Shown here piece by piece: positions 1 through 12,682 of a stretch of DNA of 64,000 bases. The translations under genes were made by a program, and so were the position numbers. This stretch comes from Octopus sinensis (Eukaryota). Each line of letters begins with the position of its first letter. Positions within the stretch are counted from its first letter, which is position 1. Where the stretch lies: positions 15,624,001 through 15,688,000 of the forward strand of contig NC_043016.1 of assembly GCF_006345805.1 (NCBI RefSeq). The letters are read 5' to 3'. The notes below the pieces were generated by a model. It searched no databases and was not told the origin of the DNA. It was given only the letters and a program-made list of their open reading frames with translations.

Positions 1-100
1 CCAACTTAAATGAATTGACATAATTTCATGTGACTTAAGCAGCAGAAATCGCAATGTAGATCTGTGGAATGTACATTGCATGTCTGTTTACATGATACTC

Positions 101-410
101 TGTAGTGAGTGCGGGAGATTAGAAGTAAGACGCCTACCTTCTCTTCGTTGACGCAAACCTACCGGGTGGTAACGTACCCTTCCACCTGGACCATCCCGAC
201 ACGCTAAAAATAGCAGCAGCTATCCCTCACCTTGTCGAAGCACCAACACGTCCTGCACTCACGGCTTCTGCGATGGAAAAGGGCGCAATCGTTCCCCGCC
301 TGTACGCGCGTCACCTGCGCGCCCTTCCTCTTCCGATCAGCTCCCAAGTTCTGGTCAGCATCCCAGCCACTGACGTCATCCCACACGCCACCCTGATCTT
401 AAAGATCACA
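101..410 (-). repeat. Probable 3' LTR of the gypsy-like element
   Basis: On the minus strand the integrase stop is followed by a purine tract AGGGGGAA (411-418) and then TGTGATC (starts 410). The far end ...CACTACA at 101 is a guess from TG..CA symmetry because no partner LTR is present. Confidence 0.55.
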
Positions 411-3400
411 TTCCCCCTACTCCACGTTGAAGTCCACCATCCAACTGGGCGGGTGCCTTACATATCGAGATCTCCTCAAGCTAGGCACCTCATTCTTCTC
501 CTCTCCACAATCGTCATCCGACAAAGCAACAATCCTGTGAAGGTCCAAAACGTGACGTGGCATTCCATCCACAGAGACATTGTTTCTGGAATTGACCGCC
601 GTCACCGTTCCTCTGCTCCATTGAAACATACAGCATGCCTTCTGTGACTTAACCCAAACTTCCTCCCCTATTTTCGCACAGGTGGGTTCCTTCTCTTCCT
701 CGTGGCACTCCAGCGCTTTACTGGGATGCCTCCATTCATATTTAAATACTGCTCTGTGTGGCACAGATTCTTCAGCTTGTCCGGATCGGGGAGATATACT
801 ATACCAGAAAACTGCTTCAGGCGGCAAAATGTGCCCTCTTTCCAACATGGTCTTTATTGTCCGATGGTGCCTCTCTATGATTCCTCACTGCTTGGCCTAT
901 ATGCTGTTCTGAACAAGCGACGCACTTTCCACCGGTCGAGCATATCCCTCAATGCTTCCAAACGAAACGCTGACCCATTGTCCATTAGCAGTTCTTCCAC
1001 GGAACCCCTCTCTAAAAGTATCCCATTCAAAATCTACGCAATCTTGTCAGTAATGCCTATCCTCAACTCCCTCCAGATGGCCAGCTAGCCCGGCCTGCAG
1101 TCAACCATGGAGCGATACATTCCCTGACGGTAGTGTGTCACATCCACAGCTAGTCTCTTCCAATTGTGCTCCACCGAAAGGTTTCTTTGCTCATGCCCAC
1201 ACAGAGCAGAGTCAATGGACTGGCACCTGTCACAGCTCCCGACCACCTTCCGGATGCTTCTCCTAGTGACGCCAGTATCAATCATCTTCACAAGGTACAG
1301 GGTCCTATCCACCCCCAAGTGATGCATAGCATGTAGTCTCTTCAGTTTGGAGTCATCCAACCGACATGCCGCAGCTATCCCTTTCTTTGCCTCCTCCATC
1401 CACGCTCTTTTCATCCTGGTCAGTGCATCTGCCCTGTTTCTCTCCGAAGGCACAGAAACCACGTTCAGCTTCTGTCTGAACTTGGCAATCATCTCTCCTA
1501 GAACTCCTAGGCACCACTTCACCAATGTCTCTGCAGCACCTTTCGTCCGAACTCTCCTCGCACCGGTGATCACCAATCCTACCCAGCCAAGCACAGTGGC
1601 CAAATCCGTCCGGATTTCGATTGAGTGCAGCCCTCATTTCAGGGCCAAGTTCACCCCCTTCAGCACCGCATCTAATTCAGTGACATTGATATGGTTAAAG
1701 TCATTTGCTTTCCAAAGCCAGGCCATGCCCTCCACCTCAGCGCCTTCGATCTCCAACACAACCCCTATCGCTATACTGCCTGCATCACACCAAACGGTCC
1801 TGCATTCTGTCTTGAGCACATGCCAGTTCCCCCTGACTGGGTCTTCTGCTCTCATCCTCTCTAGGATTTCCTGCATCCTTGCCACCATCCCCTCTCCCAC
1901 CTTGTTGCCCCAGTAACTGCATGCTGTGTGCAGCCATCCATCGATCGGGTAGTGACCGATCAACTTCCCACACACAAAGAACAGCTCTTCTCCTGCTGAC
2001 GCTGGAACTCAGCTCTGGGATTTCATTTCCTCTCTGGAACACCAACTCACCTGATCTATCTTTTCATAGCTTCAGCCCCAGCACAGCTCCCCACTGCCAT
2101 TGATTCTGGTGGATTTGCAATCAGCCCGAACTTCTCCAGATGTCTCACTACCTCGGTGGCTGGCACTACAGTCTCGTCCACCAAAATGTCATCTATGTTA
2201 AACAGTACGTCTGGCCCTTATACCACACCAGCTGATATAACCACAGTTTGTCACTCACATGGAACTGCAAATATGCCAACTTCAAGTCAACAATCATTGC
2301 TGCCTTTGTTGACTGTCTCCGCACACGTAGCATCTTGCCACAAGTGTCCGTTGCCTCGCCTCCCGTGTGACACGATATATGGTCATTCAGTTCTCTAAAG
2401 TCCGGCACGGGTCTAACTTTTCCCCTCGTCAGCTGCACCACCGCCATCAGAGGTAGCACTCCGCTAACCACCCCCTCCTTCCATGGGATAGGGACTCCTT
2501 CCTTGATCCATTTCTCTACCTCGTCTTTGAACTCAACCCTGGTTGACCTTTCAGGGTATGCTGGTAGCAGCTCACCCTGTTCTTCAGCATCAGGGCTTAT
2601 CTTTTCATCACCACTCTATCATCCACCGCTGACCATCGAACACCACCTGAAAATTCTTTTCCTCAGTGGTGTAAGCGGCGCAGTCCCTCATGGAACTCTG
2701 CTCTCTCTCTGGTGAACCTGACTCACAGCGCACAACACCCCCATGCATCTGAACGTGACCTCATCTCCTGCAATCCTGACACCACCGAGCTGGTTGATGA
2801 CGTCCATCCCCATCACCACATCAACCCTGTCTACCATGTGTTCGATTACATTTACCTGTAGCCTTAGTGTCACACCTCACACCACTATTTCTACATTGCT
2901 GCTGCCCTTGCATCGGATTTCGTTGCCGTCAACTGCCCAGACTCTACTTGCCCCATTCCATTTCTTCATCACCCTTGGAGTCACGAGGGTGGTCGTGCAA
3001 CCTGTATCCACGAAGGCCTTGAATGTCTTCCCCTCGGCCTCGACATCAATTATGGACAGCTTCTCCAAAAGCGCCTCTAATCCTTTGCGGGGAAAGTTCG
3101 AGAGGCAGCAACTTCCCCACAGTCGTTTCCCTGGTCGCAATCATGGGCGATGTACCCTGTCTGCCTGCATCGATAGCAGACGGGACCCAAATGCGAACAC
3201 TCCTTCGCCATGTGCAACCCCTGACATTTAAAACACCGGCCTGAGAATGACCGCTGTCGCTGCATGGTAGGTTTCTTTGAGTCTATCTCCAGCTGTCAAC
3301 TGTCTTTATGCATCTCTGATACCGCCATCGCTATCGCCTTCCATCCGGTGTTTCACGTCAAGACGCGGGCTTGAGCCACAAGTTCGCTCAGCACCATCTT

Positions 3401-3535
3401 TTTGCCCCCGGGCAATTGCTGCAGTCAAATCCCTACAACATCAGGAAAGCCACTTACGAACGCCAGTTGCGCTGCTCTGTCCAGGCCTTCTCCCGTAAAC
3501 CCAGCCAGCATGGCCAGCCTACGCACATCAGCCAC
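101..3535 (-). mobile_element. Ty3/Gypsy-like LTR retrotransposon, decayed, 5'-truncated in gag (gag-PR-RT-RNaseH-IN-PPT-3'LTR)
   Basis: Minus-strand fragments in gypsy order: two CCHC-like knuckles (CFKCQGLHMAKEC, CYRCRQTGYIAHDC; 3077-3265), protease FVDTGCTTTL (~3000), RT LMAVVQ..KVRPVPDFRELN..DLKLAYLQ and IDDILVDE (~2190), RNase H VWCDAGSIAIG (~1790), integrase H..HHLG...CDRC and LAVDVTHY (1085-1340), C-terminal VWVK..GTVT..VDGMPRHVLDL (417-848). Stops/frameshifts; no 5' LTR, ends at (TA)n. Confidence 0.9.
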
Positions 3536-3819
3536 GTATTTATATATATATATATATATAATATATATATATATATAATTTATATATATATGTATAATAT
3601 AAGTATTTTATATATAGATATATATATATATATATTTTAAAAGGTTGACTGTGAGTTTGACCTTTAATTAGAGTAATTGCAAAAATTTCTAACGTTGTTT
3701 CTTCATATTTTACTTTTAAATATACTGGTGTAAATTTGTGTGGATATGAAATGTTATAGAGAAGCATTAAACATATGATTTAACTTATTAAATAAAGTTC
3801 AGAGTTTAATAATTTAAAT

Positions 3820-6800
3820 TATATATGACCAGGCAGAGAAGGGAGCCAAGGGAGAAGTAACTGGAAGCCCCCCTGTACCAGTGGTCCTACAAAGAAATGA
3901 GAAATTAGAAAAACAGAAGAAAAAAGGAAGGACGGAAAACAAAAATAAAGGCAAAATAACCAAAACTGAAACCCCAACCCACCAAACAAACAACAGAGGA
4001 CCCAAATCTGGAGGACCCAATACCACCCAAAACCCTACAGGTAAGAAGAAATCTAGAAGGTACCCAAGAACCTGTAAATTTTACCTGCGAGGCAAATGTT
4101 GGCTTGGGGAGGACGGCAAAAACTGCCGGTTTGCCCACCCGACACCCCGCCAGAACTACAGGGGCCTTAAAGAGAAAAACTTTACTGAGGAAAGGCAAGA
4201 AGTGTCTCCCAGGAAAACTTTCAGAAAAGAAGTGTGCTCCTCAGATGTTCTGCACAACGCAGTCTTTTTTGTGCATGGTGCAAAGGATTGTACAGCAACT
4301 AACCTGGCTACACCAAGCACAGAGAAGGAACCCTGCCCACCACTATGCAAGACCACCACAGTCAACAGACACGGGATGGCCTCCCCTAACGCCTGCACAG
4401 CCGTCACCCCAATACTTTTACTAAATATTGGGGGCCTGTTGCATCAAAATAAAAACAAAATTTCTTTCCTGAGAGATCTTACTGCATGCAATCAAGCCCT
4501 ATGCATAGCACTCGTGGAAACTCACCTCAGCCCTGATATAGAGGACGCAGAAGTACACGTACCAAACTATGCCATACTGCAAACAGACAGAAGGGAAAGG
4601 AGCCATGGTGGAGTTGCTGTATACATCCGAGATGACCTCACACCCCAGATCTTAATGACATACTCAAATTCGGTATGTGACACTTTAACATAATATAGTC
4701 ATATGCAATGCATATTGCCCACCGGATGCCCCAAATCACACAGGCAAGTTTGAAGATTGCCTCACAAGAATTAAAGAAATCCTCATGAATCTGGAACACC
4801 ACGTGACCATATTTCTTATGGGTGGTTTCAACTTCCCCAACATCAAATGGCCCAAAGGTCTCGTACTCTCAGGAATGACTCATTGCAAGCAAGCACAGTT
4901 GGAGTCCCTGCACAACCTCACCAATGCCTTATTCATGGAGCAAGTTGTACTCAAACCAACTAGGGAGAATAACATTCTGGATCTCTGCTTCACGAACAAT
5001 ATGGACATCATTCATGATGTGAAACGGACACCGACATTAGTCTCGGATCACAAGATAATAGAGCTGTCTATGCTTGGGCCAAAAGTAACCAAAGACATAC
5101 AGCCTAAAGGAAGCACCCGAAATCTCTCCAATCTGAACTTCCACAAAGCAGATTGGAAATCAATCCAAAAACAGATCCTCAGAGAGGACTGGCCGAAATT
5201 TCTCTCCACACCAGACATTGACATGAAACTACAATGTTTCATGTCTTCTGTGCAAGCCATATGCCAGAAATATGTCCCAGAGCACAAGGCCAAAACAAAT
5301 AGGAGCAAAATTCCAAGAGACAGGAAGATCCTCATGAGACGACGGATGAAGGTTGAAGATCGTCTCAACCAACATCCCAAAAGTAGCGAAATGTCCCGCC
5401 TAAAAACAACACTGAGAGAGATCAAAAAAAGAAACAGCCTCAGTGCACTACAAGATAAGACCCCTCCTCCAAAAGGATGGCTCCCTCACAGACAGTCCAA
5501 CTAAGATCAGTGAGACACTGAATGACCAGTTCAAAAGAGTCTTTACCACCCCGTTGGAACACAGACAACTGAACAAACCAGTGGACTTCTTTGCCGCCTC
5601 ACCTATATCCAGTGAGGCAGTTACAATAGAATACATTGACATTAGTGAAGAAGATGTACTACTAGCCATAGATGAAGTGGACACAAACCCAACTGCTGGT
5701 CCTGATGGTTTCCCAGCAATTCTCCTCAAATCGTGTAAACATGCCCTGGCAAAACCCCTCCAGATTCTCTTCCAGAGCTTTCTTACAAATGGCAAACTGC
5801 CAAGCAAGCTGGAGGAGGGAATAATATACCCAATCCATAAAGGGGGAAGTAGAGTAGATGCCAAAACCTATAGGCCTATCTTTCTGACTTCACACATCAG
5901 CAAAGTCATGGAACGGATAGTCAGAGGGAAACTAATCGCATTCCTTGAAAAAAATAACATGGTTTTCGACCAGGTAGGAGCTGCCTGACCCGGCTCTTAC
6001 AACATTATGACTAGGTGTCATACTCAAATTTGGATGTAATATACCTTGATTTTGCAAAAGCTTTTGATAAAGTGGATCATGGTATATGCCACAAACTGCG
6101 TGACCTCGGCATAGCTGGAAAACTTGGAGTGTGGTTACATGACTTCCTGAAAGATAGGAGTCAGGCAGTAGTGGCTAATGGAGCCACCTCTATGAACACA
6201 CAAATAGTGAGCGGTGTTCCACAGGGCACTGTCTTAGGACCACTGCTTTTTATAGTAGCCCTCTCAGATATGCCCTCAAATGCCTGGATAGCCACTCTGG
6301 CAAGCTATGCAGATGATACGAAAGTCTCACAGAAAATACAGAACCCCAGCGATGTTGCACACCTGCAGCAGGAGTTGGACTCAATTTACAGATGGGCTGA
6401 GGATAATAATATGCAGTTTAATGCTGAAAAATTCCAGGCCCAGCGCTACCAGCATCCAAAACTGAATATGAAACTTACAGGGCACACCAGTCCACAGGGA
6501 ATTTCAATCCCAGACCCTAAGTCAGTGAGGGACCTGGGTATCAACATGAGTGATGATAACACTTTCTAAGTGCACATTACCATGATGGTGACAAAGTGCA
6601 GACGACTGGCTGGATGGATCCTAAGAACATTCAGAACCAGAGATAAGGAAACCATGATGGTCCTCTGGCAGACATTCAACCTCAGCCACCTGGATTACTG
6701 CTCACAGCTATGGTCACCCACCAGTGTGAAATTAACAGCGGACATTGAAGTAATCCAGAGAAGATTCACAAAGATCGTCTCTTTGCAACAGCTCAGCTAC

Positions 6801-7280
6801 TGGGAAAGGTTGAAACAGCTAAGACTCTACTCCCTGGAGAGAAGACGGGAAAGGTATGCAGTAATATATGTCTGGAAGATCCTGGAAGGAATTGTGCCAA
6901 ATTTTGGCTTTGTAAGCTACACCAATGCTAGAACGGGACGACACTGCATAGTGCCAAAGATCCCAGCAATGCCATCACACTTCAGGACCAGCTTCTGCAA
7001 CAGCCTGGGTTTCAAGGGCCCACAGCTTTTTAATATTCTCCCAAAGAGTCTGAGGTACTTGCACAAAGTAGATGTAGCGGTTTTTAAATCAAAGCTGGAC
7101 ATCTTCCTGTCTAGAGTCCCAGATGAGCCTACCTCACGGCAAGAGGTGCAAATGAGGGTAGCTATATCAAACTCCATTCTTCATCAAGTGCCACATATTA
7201 GAGGAGGCTCCTGGTAATAACAGTGTAGTGCAAAACAGCGGTGCATCAGCATGGCCGCAGCTCTGAGCTGAAACTAAAAA
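3820..7280 (+). mobile_element. CR1/L2-clade non-LTR retrotransposon (LINE), near full length, pseudogenised
   Basis: CCCH finger CKFYLRGKCWLGEDGKNCRFAHP; APE endonuclease LLLNIGGL..ALVETHL..DRRERSHGGVAVY..GGFNFP..NILDL..DHK; [37 protein letters not shown]; thumb LDYCSQLWSP..YSLERRRER; 3' hairpin tail and A-run at 7238-7282. Split over five ORFs. Confidence 0.95.
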
Positions 7281-7294
7281 AATATATATATATA

Positions 7295-8172
7295 TACCTG
7301 CGATTTCCGTCCTTCTCTGTACATCAGTCAAACAGGACGCGGCTTGGCTGACCGATTCCCAGAGCACCGCCAACACATTACACTCAGCAATGACATCCCG
7401 GCCTCGCGCCATTTCTACTCTGCCAGTCATTCATTACAACACCTATCTGTGTTTGGATTGTCTCAGCACACGGGCCATCCAGACTCCTGCCTTTGGTGTG
7501 AACAGGAATTAATCTTCTCTCTTCGCTCCTTTGCACCACATGGGCTCAACTTCCCTCCCCTCTTCATCTGACTTCCCCCCTCTCCTCTCTTCACTCCTAT
7601 TTACCTCTCCTCTCTTGCCCTGACACCTCCTTACTCTCTTCACTCCTACTCACCTTCACTCTTTATTGATATTCCCTCCATCCACACCCCATCCCTACAC
7701 ATCCCACTCCTACATACCCCATCCCTACCCCACATCTTCACCCCAAACCCACATCCCACCACACCACAGCACTCCACACACACTAGCACTGACCACTTCC
7801 CAGCACCCACACTATCATCCACACACCCACACATTACAGATGCACATATTTACACACTCACACATCCACACATCAAAGTCACCAGCCCCTATCCACACAC
7901 ACACACCTTCATTTTGGAATCACCAGTACTATATTATCTCCCCTTCTTCTTAGCTCTCCTTTCTAACTACCTTTGTCCAACCAGTCGCCATGATTGACTG
8001 CTAAATCCACAAATCTTTTTATTCTCTCTATTTATCTTGTGTTCCTTTCTTTTAAAGAACATAGGCTCAAAACCTAAAAGACTTTCTCACCTTCCCAAGC
8101 ATCAAACTAATACACCTGCTTGTTGTTTATACACCTGTCTTCGTCTTTTATTTTTCTGTAAATTCCAACTGT
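7295..8172 (+). mobile_element. Penelope-like element 3' fragment (GIY-YIG endonuclease C-terminus + 3' UTR)
   Basis: LYISQTGRGLADRFPEHRQHI..PASRHF..HSLQHLSVFGL..EQELIFSLRSFAPHGLN* (7300-7571) matches PLE GIY-YIG C-termini; followed by pyrimidine/CA-rich UTR and a decayed hammerhead-like motif at 8044-8081. Confidence 0.8.
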
Positions 8173-8179
8173 ATGTATA

Positions 8180-8580
8180 GGCGCAGGAGTGGCTGTGTGG
8201 CAAGTAGCTTGCTTACCAACCACATGCTTCCAGGTTCAGTCCCACTGCATGGCACCTTGAGCAAGTGTCTTCTACTATAGCCTTGGACCAACCAAAGTCT
8301 TACGAGTGGATTTGGTAGATGGAAACTGAAAAAAGCCCATTGTATGTATGTATGTATGTATGTATTTGTGTATCTGTGTTTGTCCCCCCACCATCACGTG
8401 ACAACCGATGGTGTGTTTATGCCTCCATAACTTAGAAGTTCAGCAAAAGAGACCAATAGAATAAGTACTAGGCTTACAAAGAATAAGTCCTGGGGTCTTA
8501 GTTCATTTAAAGACGGTGCTCCAGCATGGCCACAGTCAAATTACTGAAACAAGTAAAAGAATAAAAAAAATAAAAGAATA
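8180..8580 (+). mobile_element. tRNA-derived SINE, family A (full length)
   Basis: A box TGGCTGTGTGG, B box GGTTCAGTCCC, CCTTGAGCAAG core-like motif, internal microsatellite, tail GGTGCTCCAGCATGGCC..CTGAAAC + (AAAAGAAT)n; multiple copies in window. Confidence 0.9.
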
Positions 8581-8598
8581 TATTTATATATACATACA

Positions 8599-8643
<45 letters not shown>

Positions 8644-8659
8644 TGTGTGTGTGTGCGTA

Positions 8660-8874
8660 CAAGGGGATGCTGAAAAGTTCCTGGCTTTGGGTAAAAGAAA
8701 ATACTGGAGGATCAGTTAATTGATTTTATCCAACATATTCCCGTCTTGGATTCACACGCTTATTGCAATAGTCTTTCAGTTTTTCTAAGTCCTTTAAAAG
8801 AACTCAGAATATTGGGCTTCCAGCCAGGCCTTTTGTGATACCCCTAAAGCCAAGAACTTTTCAGCATACCCTTA
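8660..8874. mobile_element. Mariner-type MITE
   Basis: ~28-bp TIRs CAAGGGGATGCTGAAAAGTTCCTGGCTTT / AAAGCCAAGAACTTTTCAGCATACCCTT, TA on the left, no ORF. Confidence 0.7.
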
Positions 8875-8889
8875 CATGTATGCTTGTAT

Positions 8890-9345
8890 ATTTTAAGCAT
8901 GTCAGCAGTGATTTTTTCTGAAGGGCCAGCAGCTTTCCCTGTCTTTGTCACCTTAATTGCTTTATCTACCTGGGTACTGTTGATTCAGATTGCCTGCCTC
9001 TCCGTTGGGCCCACATAAGGCAGACTCTCCTTTTAGCAGCCTTTCATAGTGGTACTTCCAAGCCTCTTTCTTTGCGGAATCACTAACTGTGCAAGTGAAG
9101 CATCATCCATGCAAACACACTTCCCTCCTTCGACATGATGATTTTCTCTGATACACTTTCTGATCCTGCTTGATGAAAAGAGGATCGTTCTAAAAAATTC
9201 ACACATCCTGGGTGCTGTCCTGAACTTAGATACTGATTTCTTGAGTTCAAATTCATTTCAGCAACACATGGCCAAAGCCCCCTTTTTGTACCAGAGAACA
9301 ATACACACAGAGCCTACATACTTCATTCTTCGCTAATGCCAAACC
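8890..9345 (-). mobile_element. RTE-clade LINE internal fragment
   Basis: Minus strand ..KEAWKYHYERLL..VDKAIK..TGKAAGPS, homologous to the RTE fragment at 15,445-16,140. Confidence 0.7.
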
Positions 9346-9917
9346 ATTAACCCAACACTAAAGAGGCTATGCACCTCCAATCAGCATCTCGGAAGACTTG
9401 ATGATAATGTCAAGTGATAATATTTGAGCTGAAACTAACAGTAATATTCCGACTACTTTTATAACATAACTAGTAATATATTGCTTAACAATATATGATA
9501 TATATTATGTAGCCTTGCTTCTGCTAATGTTGGATAGCAATAACTTGTATGTGTGCTTGTATACATACATACGTACACACACAAATACACACAGACACAC
9601 ACACATACACGAATAGAAAGAAAGAGAATTGTCAAAAACATAAAGTTGAAAAGTAAGAAATAGGTCATTATGACATAGTTTTTCTTTTTCTCTCTTACTT
9701 TTTCATTATTTTTCCCTGTGCTTTTTGTTTTTTGTAAAATATATTCCTACTCTTTTACTTGTTTCAGTCATTTGACTGTGACCATGCTGGAGCACTATAT
9801 TTTGAATAAAGATCCTAAATTTGAAGTTTTCTTACTTGATACCTTACTGTACATGAAATTGTCATTGGTGGACGATGCACATGTAACTGTAAATTACTAT
9901 AGGATAAGATATGTGAG

Positions 9918-9960
<43 letters not shown>

Positions 9961-10149
9961 TTAATGCAAACAAGAAAAATAGAACTCAAAATATGAGAAT
10001 ATGTATATTTTTATTAATATTTAGCAGAAGCAACAGAGTGACTCAAGGGCCAAGGGTTTCGTGCATTGGCACTTATCTATCTATCTGTCTGTCTGTCCAT
10101 CTATCTATCTATCTATCTATTTATCTATCCATCTATCCATCTATTATAT

Positions 10150-10192
<43 letters not shown>

Positions 10193-10959
10193 CAAAACAA
10201 CTTCAGGGCTAGTTATTTTTCAAAATACAAACTTGACATACTGTTTTAAATTTGGTTCAAGCAAATCTCACAAAAACTTGACAGTTTAATTGTTAATTGA
10301 TAGGAGCTTTGTGCTGGAGCCCTTTTCCTAGTGAATGACTTATTTTGCTTTTTTATTTAAATTTTTTTAATCAATTCTTTATTCTGAGAATTTCTTCTAT
10401 GCTGTGTAAACATTTCTACTTAGAAGAAAGAAAATATAAGTACTCACCTTCTGCTGATATGTAAGATAGACTGAATAAAATACTTCATATATAAAGATAA
10501 AATACTTCAATAACTTCAAGAAATTTATGAGAAATACAAACAAGGCTAGCAAAACAATGACATTCACAATCATCAGAAATTATCCAGGATTCATAAATAT
10601 TCAACTAAGATGGATGAGCTCTGAGTCATATTTTGTGACAAAATATTCATTATGCAGTTTGCATCTAATATGCCTGCTGTTTTGTCATTCTATCTAACTC
10701 AAAGCTCAGTCTCAGGAATACTTGGCAAGCAATGCCCACATATGAAAAGGGAAGAGGCGTTTCTGTAAAAGGAAAACCTAGTATTTGGATAACACCTCAC
10801 TGCACAACTGTTAAAACTGGAGCAAAGGAACAATGTAGTATAAGAACTGGGCAGTTTGTGATAAATTTACTTTTTCCCAAATTGTTACCTACTATTCTGC
10901 TTTTCTTGTTATCTGCCATTCATATTATGTTGTTTGTTGTTTGTTCCTTCTTGAGCTAT

Positions 10960-11239
10960 GCTTGGCTCATAAGGGCTGGTTTGCCGGTTTCATTGGCGTA
11001 TCGGTTCCGCACCTGGACGGGATTCCAGTCCATCTCAGGTGAGCTGCTAGATGCAAGAGAAGAGAATGAGAGAAAGCTGCGGCAAAAGAGTCAGCGGAAG
11101 TTTGCCATGTCTTCTACCTGAGCCATATGGAGCTTAGGTGTTTTGCTCATAAACACACACATTGCCTGGTCTGAGGTTCAAACCTGCAATCCCTCGACCA
11201 CAAGTCCGCTGCTCTAACCACTAGGCCATGTGCCTCCAC
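10960..11239 (-). mobile_element. tRNA-derived SINE, family B head with tail type 1
   Basis: Minus strand GGAGGCACATGGCCTAGTGGTTAGAGCAGCGGAC..GGTTTGAACCTC tRNA-like head; body shared with 39,553-39,819; tail GATGGACTGGAATCCCGTCCAGG..GAAACCGG. Confidence 0.8.
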
Positions 11240-11336
11240 CATTCTTATTATACATTAGATGTATTTGTCATCTACATAATTGGTTACAATATTAATCCTT
11301 ATTTTTATTAACCTATTCAGACATTTGTTCAAGATT

Positions 11337-11374
<38 letters not shown>

Positions 11375-11383
11375 GTGTGTATT

Positions 11384-11605
11384 TGTGTGTGTGTTAGTCC
11401 TGCACCACCACTTGACAACTGGTGTTGGTGTGTTTATGTCCCTTGTAGCTCAGTGGTTTGCTAAAAACAGAAAAGTAGAATAAGTACCATGCTTTAAAGA
11501 AATATAAGTATCAGGGTCATTCATTCAACTAAAAATTGTTGAAGGCAGTGCCCCAGCATGGTCACAGTCTATTGACTGAAACAGGTAAAAGAATAAAAGA
11601 TAAGT
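11384..11605 (+). mobile_element. SINE family A, 3' half
   Basis: CACTTGACAACTGGTGTTGGTGTGTTTATGTCCC..GCAGTGCCCCAGCATGGTCACAGTCTATTGACTGAAAC. Confidence 0.75.
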
Positions 11606-11859
11606 GTCATTCTTGTTCACCATTGGGAGTGGTTTATTTCACCTAACTTTGAATTGTACTGTATTTCTTAACACTGTACATCTTTAAAGGGACCTCCCAT
11701 GTACAGTATACTGCAGCCTAAAGTGCTTAACAACATGCATATATATTAAATATTTGACACAGATGATGGTAACATTAGAGAGCTACTTCCAACTCAAAAT
11801 TCTAATACATATGTATACAAAGGAGACCAGAATTGTGCAATATTATTTTATTCACTTAG

Positions 11860-12340
11860 TTTTTCATGTTTACACTTTTATCGCCTTCAAAGTATTCTCC
11901 ATTTGAAGCAATGCTGGAATGCTTGCAAAGTGATGCCTATTAATGCCTTCATCATTTTTCTCTTCACCTCTTCCACATCTGCAAATTCCATAGTACTAGT
12001 GGCTGGTTCTTTCAGTTCGTGACACACATTCACTCATGACTGCTCTTGATCTTCTATGAGCAAGCAAAGCACAAATTTTGCTGCAACTTTTTTTATTTGC
12101 AATTCATCGCTCAAAATTCATTGGCAGGAGCTCCAAGACATATTAGTTATGTCAACAAGTTCGTCAATTGTTTGGCAACAATCTTCCACGTAGGGCTGGC
12201 TTTAAGCCAATTGGACCGATTGTTCCCAATCGGACCCAACACAGGGCGACATTTTATACTGCAACATTTCATAAAGGCGGTCTCCTTGAAGTCTTTTAAA
12301 AAAATCTACATGGTCTTTCAAAGAAAAAAGTAAAAACATG
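11860..12340 (-). mobile_element. Mariner transposase remnant
   Basis: Minus strand ..ILSDEL..KKVAAKFV motif (~12,070-12,120) typical of mariner transposases; TIRs not resolved. Confidence 0.5.
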
Positions 12341-12682
12341 CTTTCTACACTTTAACATTACAAGATATCAAAAGATGCTCAAGACTGCTTAGGTTAGTCA
12401 CTGAATTTGAAGAAATTTATTGTATTTTCAGTGTAATGTTCAATAAGTATGTCTGTATGTGAATGTTATTTGGGTAAAATATTTGTGTGTCTGTGAGAGT
12501 ATGCATGTGGGTGAATTGTATGTATATATGTGTGCATATGTTCTCTGTGTGTTAGTTTCTATAAGTATGTTTAATTTGGGGGAAACTTTTTTTTATTTCA
12601 ATACAGTGAATTATATATATATATATGTTTTATGTTTAATTTTTATTTCAATAAAGTGTATTTTATATATATCATCATCATC

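Noticed and set aside
9419-9448. AATAT-TTGA..GAAA-CTAACAG-TA-ATATT hammerhead relic
   Set aside because: No stem II and incomplete core; AT-rich stems can arise by chance.
12211-12239. Short hairpin TTGGACCGATTG-TTCC-CAATCGGACCCAA
   Set aside because: Lies within a mariner remnant; no evidence of independent function.
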